A DNA stretch of 64,000 nucleotides, from positions 1 to 64,000 of IMG/VR virus record IMGVR_UViG_3300032092_002720; one strand, 5' to 3'. This DNA comes from a virus. Taxonomy: Duplodnaviria; Heunggongvirae; Uroviricota; Caudoviricetes. Under the pieces are notes generated by a model that ran no database searches, was not told the DNA's origin, and was given only the letters and a program-made list of their open reading frames with translations. Below, piece after piece: positions 17,575 through 25,662 of this stretch; position 1 is the first letter of the stretch, and every line of letters begins with the position of its first letter. The position numbers and the translations under genes are program-made.

Positions 17575-18656
17575 CTTATTTTTTACGTACTGGTAATACT
17601 TACCGTGTAACTGACGAAGCTGCACTGGATCTCCATGAGTTGCTGCCTGCTGGTAACTACATCATCAAGCAAGATCAGTTTGGTAATTTGTTCCTCGAGG
17701 AAACTGATAAGTTCAAGCCGCTGAGTAAGTACTACGGCGATTGTTTGAAGCATGCTGATCGTATTCATCGTACTTTTGCCGATCGTCCTTCCAGCACTGG
17801 TGTCATGCTAACTGGCGAGAAGGGTTCTGGTAAGACTCTGCTTGCAAAGCAGCTTTCCATTCTCGGCTACGAGCTTGGTATTCCTACCATCATCATTAAT
17901 CATGACTGGACTGGCGATGCTTTCAATAAGTTCCTTGCAGACATCGATCAGCCATGCATTATCCTGTTCGACGAGTTCGAGAAGGTCTACAACCATCAGA
18001 AGCAGGAAGCTATCCTGACTCTGCTCGACGGTGTGTTTCCTTCGAAGAAGCTGTTCGTTCTGACTTGTAATGACAAGTGGCGTATCGACCAACATATGCG
18101 TAATCGGCCCGGTCGTATCTTCTACATGATTGACTTCAAGGGTCTGACGGCCGAGTTCATAGTTGAATATTGCAACGATAACCTCGAGGATAAGTCTCAT
18201 ATCGATCAGATCACGAAGATCGCTACTCTGTTTACTGAGTTCAACTTTGACATGCTGAAGGCAATGGTCGAAGACATGAACCGCTACGGTGAGACTCCAC
18301 AGGAAGTCATGCGACTCCTGAATGCCAAGCCCGAGTATGATAGTCGTGATGAGGCCAAGTTCAAGGTCGAGCTGTTTACCGAAAATGGCCAACAAGTCGA
18401 TGATAAGTTCCTGTACACTAAAATGTGGCATCGCAATCCATTGGCTAGCAACTCCATCTTTATTGAACTTAATGACGATGAAGATATCGATGGGCCTGAT
18501 GAATTCGATGGCTGTGAAGGCTACTCGTTCGACCAGTCTGAACTGATTAATATCAATGGCGAAACTGGTACGTTCGAGTATCGATCCAAGGATGGTTCTC
18601 GTCTTAAGCTGACTCGACAAAAGCAGCAAACCTTTAACTACTTTGGAGCTCTCTAA
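17571..18656 (+). CDS. AAA+ ATPase (clamp-loader-like)
   Basis: Walker A GEKGSGKT, Walker B ILFDEFE, sensor-like VLTCND and an arginine-finger-like RNRPGR. ATGA overlap. Confidence 0.6.
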   Translation: MTYFLRTGNTYRVTDEAALDLHELLPAGNYIIKQDQFGNLFLEETDKFKPLSKYYGDCLKHADRIHRTFADRPSSTGVMLTGEKGSGKTLLAKQLSILGYELGIPTIIINHDWTGDAFNKFLADIDQPCIILFDEFEKVYNHQKQEAILTLLDGVFPSKKLFVLTCNDKWRIDQHMRNRPGRIFYMIDFKGLTAEFIVEYCNDNLEDKSHIDQITKIATLFTEFNFDMLKAMVEDMNRYGETPQEVMRLLNAKPEYDSRDEAKFKVELFTENGQQVDDKFLYTKMWHRNPLASNSIFIELNDDEDIDGPDEFDGCEGYSFDQSELININGETGTFEYRSKDGSRLKLTRQKQQTFNYFGAL

Positions 18657-19765
18657 TGAAGGAAGCATGCATCGTCGGTTTTGGAATGATCGATGCGTTA
18701 GGCGATAATCCCATCGATTGTTGGGAGAATATGCTTAACGATCGAGACTTCCATAAACCTATTGAACCCCATGTACATGAAGGTCACACTCTTAAGGTAA
18801 AAACTGCCTTCTATCCTGATGTCGAGATCGACCAAGAATTGCAACCTCGTACTGTAGCATATGGTATGCATGCAGTCGAGCAAGCTTTGCATATGGCTGG
18901 TCTACCACACTCTTCAAGCGTAGGCGTCATCTTCTCGACTTTGACAGGTGGAAATTCCTTTAAAGCAAAGCTAGACGCCGTAGGCAGAAAGCAAAAGCCT
19001 AAGCAGATCCTTCGCTCTACGAAGGATTATCTCTGCAGCCAAATCTCAATCAAGTATGGATATACTGGTATCAATACCATGGTATATTCTGCTTGTGCTA
19101 CAGGTTTGGTAAGCATCGAATATGCTATGCGAATGCTCGATGAGTATGACTATGTGATCGTAGGCGGTTCTGATGCTGGCGTAAATCATATGGATCTCTA
19201 CTTCTTCTCGATTATCAAAGCAATCGGTTCGAAGTCGATGCCATTCGATAAGAATCGCGACGGCTTTATTATGGGCGAAGGCGCAGGTTGCATCATCCTT
19301 CAGTCGAGAGAAAAGGCCGAAGCGATGGGTTCGAAGGTCTATGCTCGTATCACTGGAGTTTCGAATGCTTCAGATGCACACGATCCGACTGCACCTTCTG
19401 GAGCCGGAGCTCGTCTTTGCTTGGAGAAGCTGGATCTCGAAGGAGTCGACTCAGTCAACTCACATGGAACCAGCACTCCACTCGGAGATGTGGTAGAGTA
19501 TGACGTGGTTCGCGAGTTTACTGATGCACCGATCTATTCCAATAAAGGAAAAATTGGACATACTTTCGCCGCGGCAGGTGTACTTGAAACGATTTATAGT
19601 GTACTGTCTATTCAGAACGGCGTGATTCCTCATACCGCTGGTTGTCAAGACACTGATATGGATGTGGTGACAGAGAACATCGAGACTGACGTCAAGAAGG
19701 TTCTTGTTAATTCATTTGGATTTGGTGGCAAGTGTTGTTCTATTATTGTTGAAAAGGAGTATTGA
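18656..19765 (+). CDS. Beta-ketoacyl-(ACP) synthase (KAS I/II-like, short form)
   Basis: Active-site Cys in YSACATG; His in NSHGTSTPLGD; His/Lys in NKGKIGHTFAAAG; C-terminal NSFGFGG. At 369 aa it is shorter than FabF. Confidence 0.8.
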   Translation: MKEACIVGFGMIDALGDNPIDCWENMLNDRDFHKPIEPHVHEGHTLKVKTAFYPDVEIDQELQPRTVAYGMHAVEQALHMAGLPHSSSVGVIFSTLTGGNSFKAKLDAVGRKQKPKQILRSTKDYLCSQISIKYGYTGINTMVYSACATGLVSIEYAMRMLDEYDYVIVGGSDAGVNHMDLYFFSIIKAIGSKSMPFDKNRDGFIMGEGAGCIILQSREKAEAMGSKVYARITGVSNASDAHDPTAPSGAGARLCLEKLDLEGVDSVNSHGTSTPLGDVVEYDVVREFTDAPIYSNKGKIGHTFAAAGVLETIYSVLSIQNGVIPHTAGCQDTDMDVVTENIETDVKKVLVNSFGFGGKCCSIIVEKEY

Positions 19766-20010
19766 TTATGTCTAAATTTACTGTAGAACTTGATTGGGAA
19801 ACTGTCGATCATATCGTTGTTGAACAGCTGCGTAATACGTGGGAAACTTTGAAGGACGATCTTGGTAAGGGCAGAAACATTTTTGTCTGGGGCGATATCG
19901 AAGCAGATGATGCAGAAATCCAAAAGCACATCGATGCACTCGCTCTTATGCTGAAGTGGTATTCCACTCCTTCCGAACTGGTAAAAATGGGACTGAAAGA
20001 CGATGCCTAA
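19762..20010 (+). CDS. hypothetical protein
   Basis: ATGA-coupled ORF. Confidence 0.3.
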   Translation: MIMSKFTVELDWETVDHIVVEQLRNTWETLKDDLGKGRNIFVWGDIEADDAEIQKHIDALALMLKWYSTPSELVKMGLKDDA

Positions 20011-20278
20011 GTATCTCGTAGAAGCTATCAGCATGTTTCGGATGCGTTACGTCGTTGAGGCGAATAATGCATCCGATGCTAAAGATGAAGTCACTATGAA
20101 CGAAGGCAATCTTCACGAGTTCTCTCAGTTGCATCTTGACGAGACAATCAGTTATGCTCGTGAGATCGATCAGCAAGAGTATCTTCGTCTATTCGATGAG
20201 GATAATGACTATCTCAAAGAGTGGGATGAAGATCTTAAACTTAGTTGGATTAATAAGGTGAAATATGGAACAGAATAA
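20003..20278 (+). CDS. hypothetical acidic protein
   Basis: Coupled ORF; no DSL phosphopantetheine site. Confidence 0.3.
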   Translation: MPKYLVEAISMFRMRYVVEANNASDAKDEVTMNEGNLHEFSQLHLDETISYAREIDQQEYLRLFDEDNDYLKEWDEDLKLSWINKVKYGTE

Positions 20279-20528
20279 AGTATATACAATTAAGCTCATG
20301 TCGGGCGAAGAACTCATTGCTCGTGTCAAGCAAGAAGGTGGTGTCACTGAACTGTTGAAGCCTCGTACAGTTGGTATGGGACCTCAAGGTTTTGCTATGA
20401 TGCCATGGATGATGTCAGCTCCTGATAACAACGTCGTAATCTCTGACACTGTCATTGTCGGTGCAACCGAGACCAGTCAAAACGTAGCCACTCAGTATCT
20501 GAAACAAGTAACAGGGATACAAGTCTGA
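20265..20528 (+). CDS. hypothetical protein
   Basis: Coupled ORF. Confidence 0.3.
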   Translation: MEQNKVYTIKLMSGEELIARVKQEGGVTELLKPRTVGMGPQGFAMMPWMMSAPDNNVVISDTVIVGATETSQNVATQYLKQVTGIQV

Positions 20529-20944
20529 TGTTAGAATGTTTGATTATGGGCGACTCGATCGCCGTTGGAACGAAGATGTTTGCTCCGAAAGAATGTGTAT
20601 CATATTCGAAGGGCGGATATAACACGTGGCAATGGAACAAGAAGTGGGGTAAGACTCCACTCGAAGCCAAGACAATCGTAATCAGCCTCGGAACAAACGA
20701 CCATAGCGGTGTGAATACGAAAAAAGAGTTGACAAAAATTAGAACTCGTGTTAAGGTAGGCAATGTAGTATGGATTATGCCTCCTTGTAACAAAGGCTTT
20801 TGCAAACCCGGAATCAACGCCGTAGTCAAGAGCATCGCTGTAAGTTATGGAGATCGTATCATTGCTACATCGTATGTTCAACCTGATGATATCCATCCAT
20901 CGTGGCGTGGATATAAAGATCTCGTAAAGAAAGCTGGACTGTGA
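20528..20944 (+). CDS. SGNH/GDSL-like hydrolase (putative)
   Basis: N-terminal GDSIAVG (GDSx), LGTNDH (block III-like), C-terminal DDIHPS (DxxH). Confidence 0.45.
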   Translation: MLECLIMGDSIAVGTKMFAPKECVSYSKGGYNTWQWNKKWGKTPLEAKTIVISLGTNDHSGVNTKKELTKIRTRVKVGNVVWIMPPCNKGFCKPGINAVVKSIAVSYGDRIIATSYVQPDDIHPSWRGYKDLVKKAGL

Positions 20945-21050
20945 CACTTTTCGTTTTTATAGTGTTCATTATTGGAGTTACAGTGTATGGTATCCTTACC
21001 AATAGGAATACTCCTGAGGAACGCGATGAAATGTTAAACGATAAGGAAAT

Positions 21051-21614
21051 GTGGCCGTGAATTTATTCATTCTTGACAGTGATCCTGTCAAAGCAGCACA
21101 ATTACAGTGTGACAAGCATGTCGTGAAGATGATCGTCGAGAGTGCTCAAATGCTCTCGACTGCACATCGTATGCTCGACGGTGTAGAGACACGCGTGCCT
21201 TCAAAGTCTGGTAAGACGATGTCGAAGGCATGGACTCTACCGGACGAACGCGAAGATACGTTCTATCGTGCAGTGCATATGCACCATCCTTGCACGATTT
21301 GGACCGCACAAAGTAATAACAACTACAACTGGCACTATGTGCACTTTGTAGCCCTTTGTGACGAGTATACGTATCGCTATGGCAAGGTTCATAGCACAGA
21401 TACTTTGCTTCGAGAAGCTCTGAAGAACCCGCCTCGTAATATTCCTGTCGGTTACAAGACTCCTCAGCCGTTGGCAATGAAGGCCAATCCTGAGTGCATC
21501 GACTACAATGATATCGTAGGCTCATATCGCAAGTTCTATCAGACGAAGCAAGCTCGATTCAAGATGGCATGGACTAAACGTCCAATTCCAGAATGGTTTG
21601 CTGTAGCAGCATAA
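21051..21614 (+). CDS. Pyrimidine-dimer DNA glycosylase (DenV-like), putative
   Basis: N-terminus NLFILDSDPVKAAQLQCDKHVVKMIVESAQMLS is collinear with T4 endonuclease V ([24 protein letters not shown]). GTG start with an AAGGA SD. Confidence 0.35.
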   Translation: MAVNLFILDSDPVKAAQLQCDKHVVKMIVESAQMLSTAHRMLDGVETRVPSKSGKTMSKAWTLPDEREDTFYRAVHMHHPCTIWTAQSNNNYNWHYVHFVALCDEYTYRYGKVHSTDTLLREALKNPPRNIPVGYKTPQPLAMKANPECIDYNDIVGSYRKFYQTKQARFKMAWTKRPIPEWFAVAA

Positions 21615-21635
21615 CATTATAAATAAGATTAACAT

Positions 21636-21680
21636 GGCCTTCCCCTCTGATGCGACAGCTCAAGGGAAGGCCTTTTTTTG
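21636..21680 (+). terminator. Intrinsic terminator
   Basis: GGCCTTCCCCT ... AAGGGAAGGCC followed by TTTTTTTG. Confidence 0.65.
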
Positions 21681-21710
21681 TTTTTGATAAATATCATAAA
21701 GGAGTTTTTT

Positions 21711-22436
21711 ATGAGTGTAGCATCAGATAAGTTTGAAAAAGATGTGGCTGCGGCTATCAATTCTGCACCGAATACTAAAGCAGCACAAGGTCGTGACGTT
21801 AAGTATGCTGATGTTCAGGTAACTCGTAACGGGACTACAGTGTGGCTTGAAGTGAAAATGTCTCACGGAGATAACCTTTCCAATCCAAGATGTTTTTATA
21901 TGGATGGAAAGTGGCAGACTACCTACACTACACCTGTGGCCGCAGAAACTGTAAAGATCCTAAACAAATCTTCCCAAGCAGCTAAGTTTATCAAAGACAT
22001 CGCAGCATATTCAGGAATTCCAGAAAAATCCATTATTATTGCAACGAATAAGGGACAGCTTAAAATGCCTGGCTGTGTGCCTCTTCATGTTATGAAAAGC
22101 TATTTTAATCAACCTGGCATAAATCGATATATTGCTAACGAGCCTAATATGAATATCGGAGAACTCGTAACGAGACACTATCTCGAAGGAAAAGCTGCGC
22201 CAGCATATTACATTCAGGCAGGCGATGACTTCTACATGATCGGTTCTAAAAATCCGCTTGGCCTCGACAGAAATATTCCAAAGCTGGCAGGAACAGGAGA
22301 TTTTAAGGTTCGTGTCTCGACTCGTTCGCAGTTTTATGAAGTTCAAGCCGAAGTGAAGATCAAAGAGTTTATGCCAAAAAAATCAAAGTACAGCGTTCTT
22401 GGAACTACAGGAAAAATAAATCCGTTTTCGAAATAA
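21711..22436 (+). CDS. hypothetical protein (possible PD-(D/E)XK fold)
   Basis: D...EVK arrangement (YADVQV...VWLEVKMS). Start chosen at the ATG after a GGAG SD. Confidence 0.3.
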   Translation: MSVASDKFEKDVAAAINSAPNTKAAQGRDVKYADVQVTRNGTTVWLEVKMSHGDNLSNPRCFYMDGKWQTTYTTPVAAETVKILNKSSQAAKFIKDIAAYSGIPEKSIIIATNKGQLKMPGCVPLHVMKSYFNQPGINRYIANEPNMNIGELVTRHYLEGKAAPAYYIQAGDDFYMIGSKNPLGLDRNIPKLAGTGDFKVRVSTRSQFYEVQAEVKIKEFMPKKSKYSVLGTTGKINPFSK

Positions 22437-22470
22437 AGCATGTACATTTTATCGAAACTATAGTAGAGTA
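22432..22470 (+). promoter_or_regulatory. Phage promoter motif copy (leaderless-type arrangement)
   Basis: CATGTACA at 22439-46, N17, TAGAGT at 22464-69; ATG at 22475. Confidence 0.45.
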
Positions 22471-22474
22471 AACT

Positions 22475-23080
22475 ATGATAAAAAAACGATTCAGAGAGTT
22501 TGTTGGTTCAGGTACACTCACGATATTCGATATCGATGAGACGCTGTTCCATACATATGCAAAGGTTGCTGTTGTGAAAGATGGCAAGGTTGTTCGAATG
22601 CTAGACAACCAAGAGTTCAATACTTACAAGCGTAAGAAGGGTGAAACCTACGATTTCGGAGAGTTTGCTAACGCAGAAGTGTTCCGCAAGTCATCGAAAC
22701 CTATCACTCGTATGGTTGCTAAAACGAAAGCTATCTTTGCCAATTCTCGTAAGAATCCTCATAGTCGAGTGATTATCTGCACAGCACGAGCTGACTTCGA
22801 TAACAAGGATATCTTCCTTCAGACGTTCAGAGATCATGGTCTGCCTATCGATAATATCCATGTCGAACGTGCCGGCAACTTGAAGATCGACTCTTCGGCA
22901 GAAGCCAAGAAGATCATCTTTCGAAAGTATATAAATACTAAGAACTACGTAAAGCTTCGGTTGTTTGATGATGCTCCTAGCAATCTTCAGGCATTTCTTT
23001 CCTTGAAGAAGGAATTTCCTGACATTACGTTCGAAGCCTTCTTTGTAAATCCTGATGGATCGGTAAAAACAGTACGATGA
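22475..23080 (+). CDS. HAD-superfamily phosphatase
   Basis: Motif I FDIDETLFH (DxDxT). The promoter -10 sits only 6 nt upstream, so the transcript is probably leaderless or nearly so. Confidence 0.55.
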   Translation: MIKKRFREFVGSGTLTIFDIDETLFHTYAKVAVVKDGKVVRMLDNQEFNTYKRKKGETYDFGEFANAEVFRKSSKPITRMVAKTKAIFANSRKNPHSRVIICTARADFDNKDIFLQTFRDHGLPIDNIHVERAGNLKIDSSAEAKKIIFRKYINTKNYVKLRLFDDAPSNLQAFLSLKKEFPDITFEAFFVNPDGSVKTVR

Positions 23081-24246
23081 CAAGTTTTAGAAATTTCCTT
23101 GCAGAAGAGCTTGATGAAAGCAAACTGAAGCATCTTGAGCATGCTGAAGATCACGTGATCAATGCTGGTCACGAAGGCTTTTCTCATGCCTATCACAATC
23201 TGAAAGATGTGCATGATAAGTTGACAGGAAAGAAGAACGACACAAGAATCACCATGAAGTATGATGGTTCTCCTTCTGTGGTATTCGGTCGCCATCCTGA
23301 AACTGGTCGTTTCTTCGTAGCATCAAAGTCTGTCTTTAACAAGAATCCAAAGATCAACTATACAGAAGAAGATATTCAGCGTAACCATGGACATGCTCCT
23401 GGCCTCGTGTCGAAGTTGAAAGCAGCTTTGCAACATCTTCCGAAGGTGACACCGAAGAAGGGTGTTTTCCAAGGAGATATCATGCATACTCCTGACGATG
23501 TACATGAATCTGATGGTCGTGTACACTTTACGCCTAACACTATCACTTACTCTGCTAGCAAAAACTCTCCGCACGGTAAAGCCGCATTGAATGCCAAGGT
23601 TGGTGTCGCTGTACATACAAAGTATAACGGCAAGAACCTCGAGGATATGCAAGCCGAACATGGTGCTCAGCTAGATGACTTTGGACTGCACAAAGACGTG
23701 CATCTGATTTCGACAGAGCATCATCTCGATAACATTAAGTTTACTCCCCAGCATCGCGAACGCTTTGCAAAGGCTATGACTGCAGCTGCTGCATACAATA
23801 AAAAGGCAAAGCCTGAAACTTATGAATCTTTGAAGGGCCACGAAATTCCTTTGAAGACTTACATCAATCATACGGTTCGTACTGGCACTAAGCCTAATGT
23901 AGAAGGTTTCATGAACCATTACATGAAGTCTCATCAGAAAAAAATCGAAAGTGTAAAGACAGCAGCATCGAAGGCAACTAAGACTGCGGCTATGGAATCA
24001 GACATCGGTCACGTTCAACGTAATCGTGCTCACTTCGAAAACGTTCTGAACCAGCACAAGCATCTACAAAGAGCAAAGGATATCCTTGCGAAGACTCTTT
24101 CGAGTAGTGCTGAGTTCGATCATAGCATCAACGGTAAGAAGTCAAAGCCTGAAGGATTCGTAGTAGTCAGACATAATCGTCCTACTAAAATCGTAGATCG
24201 TGCTGAATTCTCGGCTGCCAATTTCAACAGGGATAAAACAGTATGA
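23077..24246 (+). CDS. His-rich hypothetical protein with KxDG and EGFVVV motifs (possible nucleotidyltransferase)
   Basis: MKYDGSP resembles ligase/capping motif I, and PEGFVVVRH resembles motif IV, but the spacing (~300 aa) is atypical. ATGA overlaps on both sides. Confidence 0.3.
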   Translation: MTSFRNFLAEELDESKLKHLEHAEDHVINAGHEGFSHAYHNLKDVHDKLTGKKNDTRITMKYDGSPSVVFGRHPETGRFFVASKSVFNKNPKINYTEEDIQRNHGHAPGLVSKLKAALQHLPKVTPKKGVFQGDIMHTPDDVHESDGRVHFTPNTITYSASKNSPHGKAALNAKVGVAVHTKYNGKNLEDMQAEHGAQLDDFGLHKDVHLISTEHHLDNIKFTPQHRERFAKAMTAAAAYNKKAKPETYESLKGHEIPLKTYINHTVRTGTKPNVEGFMNHYMKSHQKKIESVKTAASKATKTAAMESDIGHVQRNRAHFENVLNQHKHLQRAKDILAKTLSSSAEFDHSINGKKSKPEGFVVVRHNRPTKIVDRAEFSAANFNRDKTV

Positions 24247-24854
24247 AGTCTATTCACATCACACAAGGACGATTCAATCCTGTTCATGCCGGCCATGAAA
24301 TGGTTGTCAAGCATGTGATGGACGCAGCCAAGAAAGAAGGTGCAGATCATAAGATCTTGACAACCGGATCACATGATGCCAAGAAGAATCCTCTGACTCC
24401 TGAGCAGAAGGTCAAGCATCTTTCTCGTGCTGTCAAAGGTGCACATGTCGAGGCGATGACGAAAGAACATCCGACTCTGCTTCATCAGATGTCGAAGCTG
24501 CATAAGCAAGGTTACACACACGTGACTATGCACGTTGGTTCTGATCGTGTCAAAGAGTTTCATGATCTACTGCACAGATATAATGGTCAAGATCTGAAGC
24601 ACGGCCACTATAACTTTAAGAGTATTAAAGTAAAGTCTGTAGGCGGTGAGCGCAAAGAAGGCGGCGGTGGAATCGAATCTGCTTCTGGTACTACTATGCG
24701 TAAGCATGCCACATCCGGTGATAAAGAATCATTCCACAAGATGGCTCCATCCGGCATGAGTAAAGCACATAAAGACGAACTGTACCACGATGTTCGCAAG
24801 GGTATGGGTATCCACGAATCGTTCATCGCAAGATTTAAAAACTGGATTAGCTGA
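24243..24854 (+). CDS. NMN adenylyltransferase (NadM/NadR-type)
   Basis: GRFNPVHAGH matches the NadM/NadR GRFQPFHKGH motif. ASGTTMRKH matches the ISSTxIR motif. Confidence 0.65.
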   Translation: MKSIHITQGRFNPVHAGHEMVVKHVMDAAKKEGADHKILTTGSHDAKKNPLTPEQKVKHLSRAVKGAHVEAMTKEHPTLLHQMSKLHKQGYTHVTMHVGSDRVKEFHDLLHRYNGQDLKHGHYNFKSIKVKSVGGERKEGGGGIESASGTTMRKHATSGDKESFHKMAPSGMSKAHKDELYHDVRKGMGIHESFIARFKNWIS

Positions 24855-25588
24855 TGCCGCAATATTTCCCAATGGATAATCTGTTCCTCAATATTGCAAG
24901 AGGCCTTGTAAAAGGCACTAGCGCTGTGCATAAGTTTGGTGCAGTTCCATCCATGAGTACTAATACCACAGGCACGGTATGGGATATCGGAGATACTGTC
25001 TATCCATGGTCTGCATGGGCCACAGCAGGAACTATCACTATTGATCGTGCTGATGCTGCAGATGCTAATAAACAGATCACAGTAGTAGGCCTCGATTCCA
25101 GTTATAATGCTCTCACTGAAACCATTACTCTTACTAATGCAACTGGCAATGCTTCTACAAACTCTTTCATCCGTATATTCAGAGCATTCGTGGTCGATGG
25201 AACTACAAACGTTGGTTTAATTTCTATTAAAAGAAATGGTACGACAGTAGCAGCTATCACTGCTGGTAAAGGCCAAACTTTGATGGCAGTGTATACTATT
25301 CCAGCTGGACACACTGGATATATTATCAAGGGTACTGCAACATCTCAGGCTGGTGCCGATGGGACTGGAGACATGTTCATTCGTTACTTCGGTCAATCGT
25401 CTTTTAGAGTAGGACATTCTTTCGAAGTTTCAGGTGCAGGCGGTCAATATCTTTACGAGTTTTCTACTCCTATTGCAATTCCTGCAAAATCTGACATCGA
25501 CGTGAGAATTGTTACTCGTTCAAATAATGGTCGTTATACAGCAGCATTTGACTTAATTCTTATCAAAGATTCCTTGGGTGGCGGTTGA
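24854..25588 (+). CDS. hypothetical (possibly structural, Thr/Gly/Ala-rich)
   Basis: ATGA-coupled; beta-rich composition. Confidence 0.35.
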   Translation: MPQYFPMDNLFLNIARGLVKGTSAVHKFGAVPSMSTNTTGTVWDIGDTVYPWSAWATAGTITIDRADAADANKQITVVGLDSSYNALTETITLTNATGNASTNSFIRIFRAFVVDGTTNVGLISIKRNGTTVAAITAGKGQTLMAVYTIPAGHTGYIIKGTATSQAGADGTGDMFIRYFGQSSFRVGHSFEVSGAGGQYLYEFSTPIAIPAKSDIDVRIVTRSNNGRYTAAFDLILIKDSLGGG

Positions 25589-25662
25589 TTTATTATAAAT
25601 AGATTTGCGGTTAGGCTACGGCAATCCCGTTTGTTTAACAGATAAGCCCAAGGGAAACTCTG

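Noticed and set aside
20003-20278. Acidic 91-aa ORF next to the ketosynthase as an acyl carrier protein
   Set aside because: It lacks the DSL phosphopantetheine attachment motif and the helix II signature.
23077-24246. Calling the 389-aa protein an RNA ligase
   Set aside because: Only a KxDG-like and an EGxVV-like motif are present, with atypical spacing. Motifs III/IIIa/V are not recognisable by eye, so it is kept as hypothetical.
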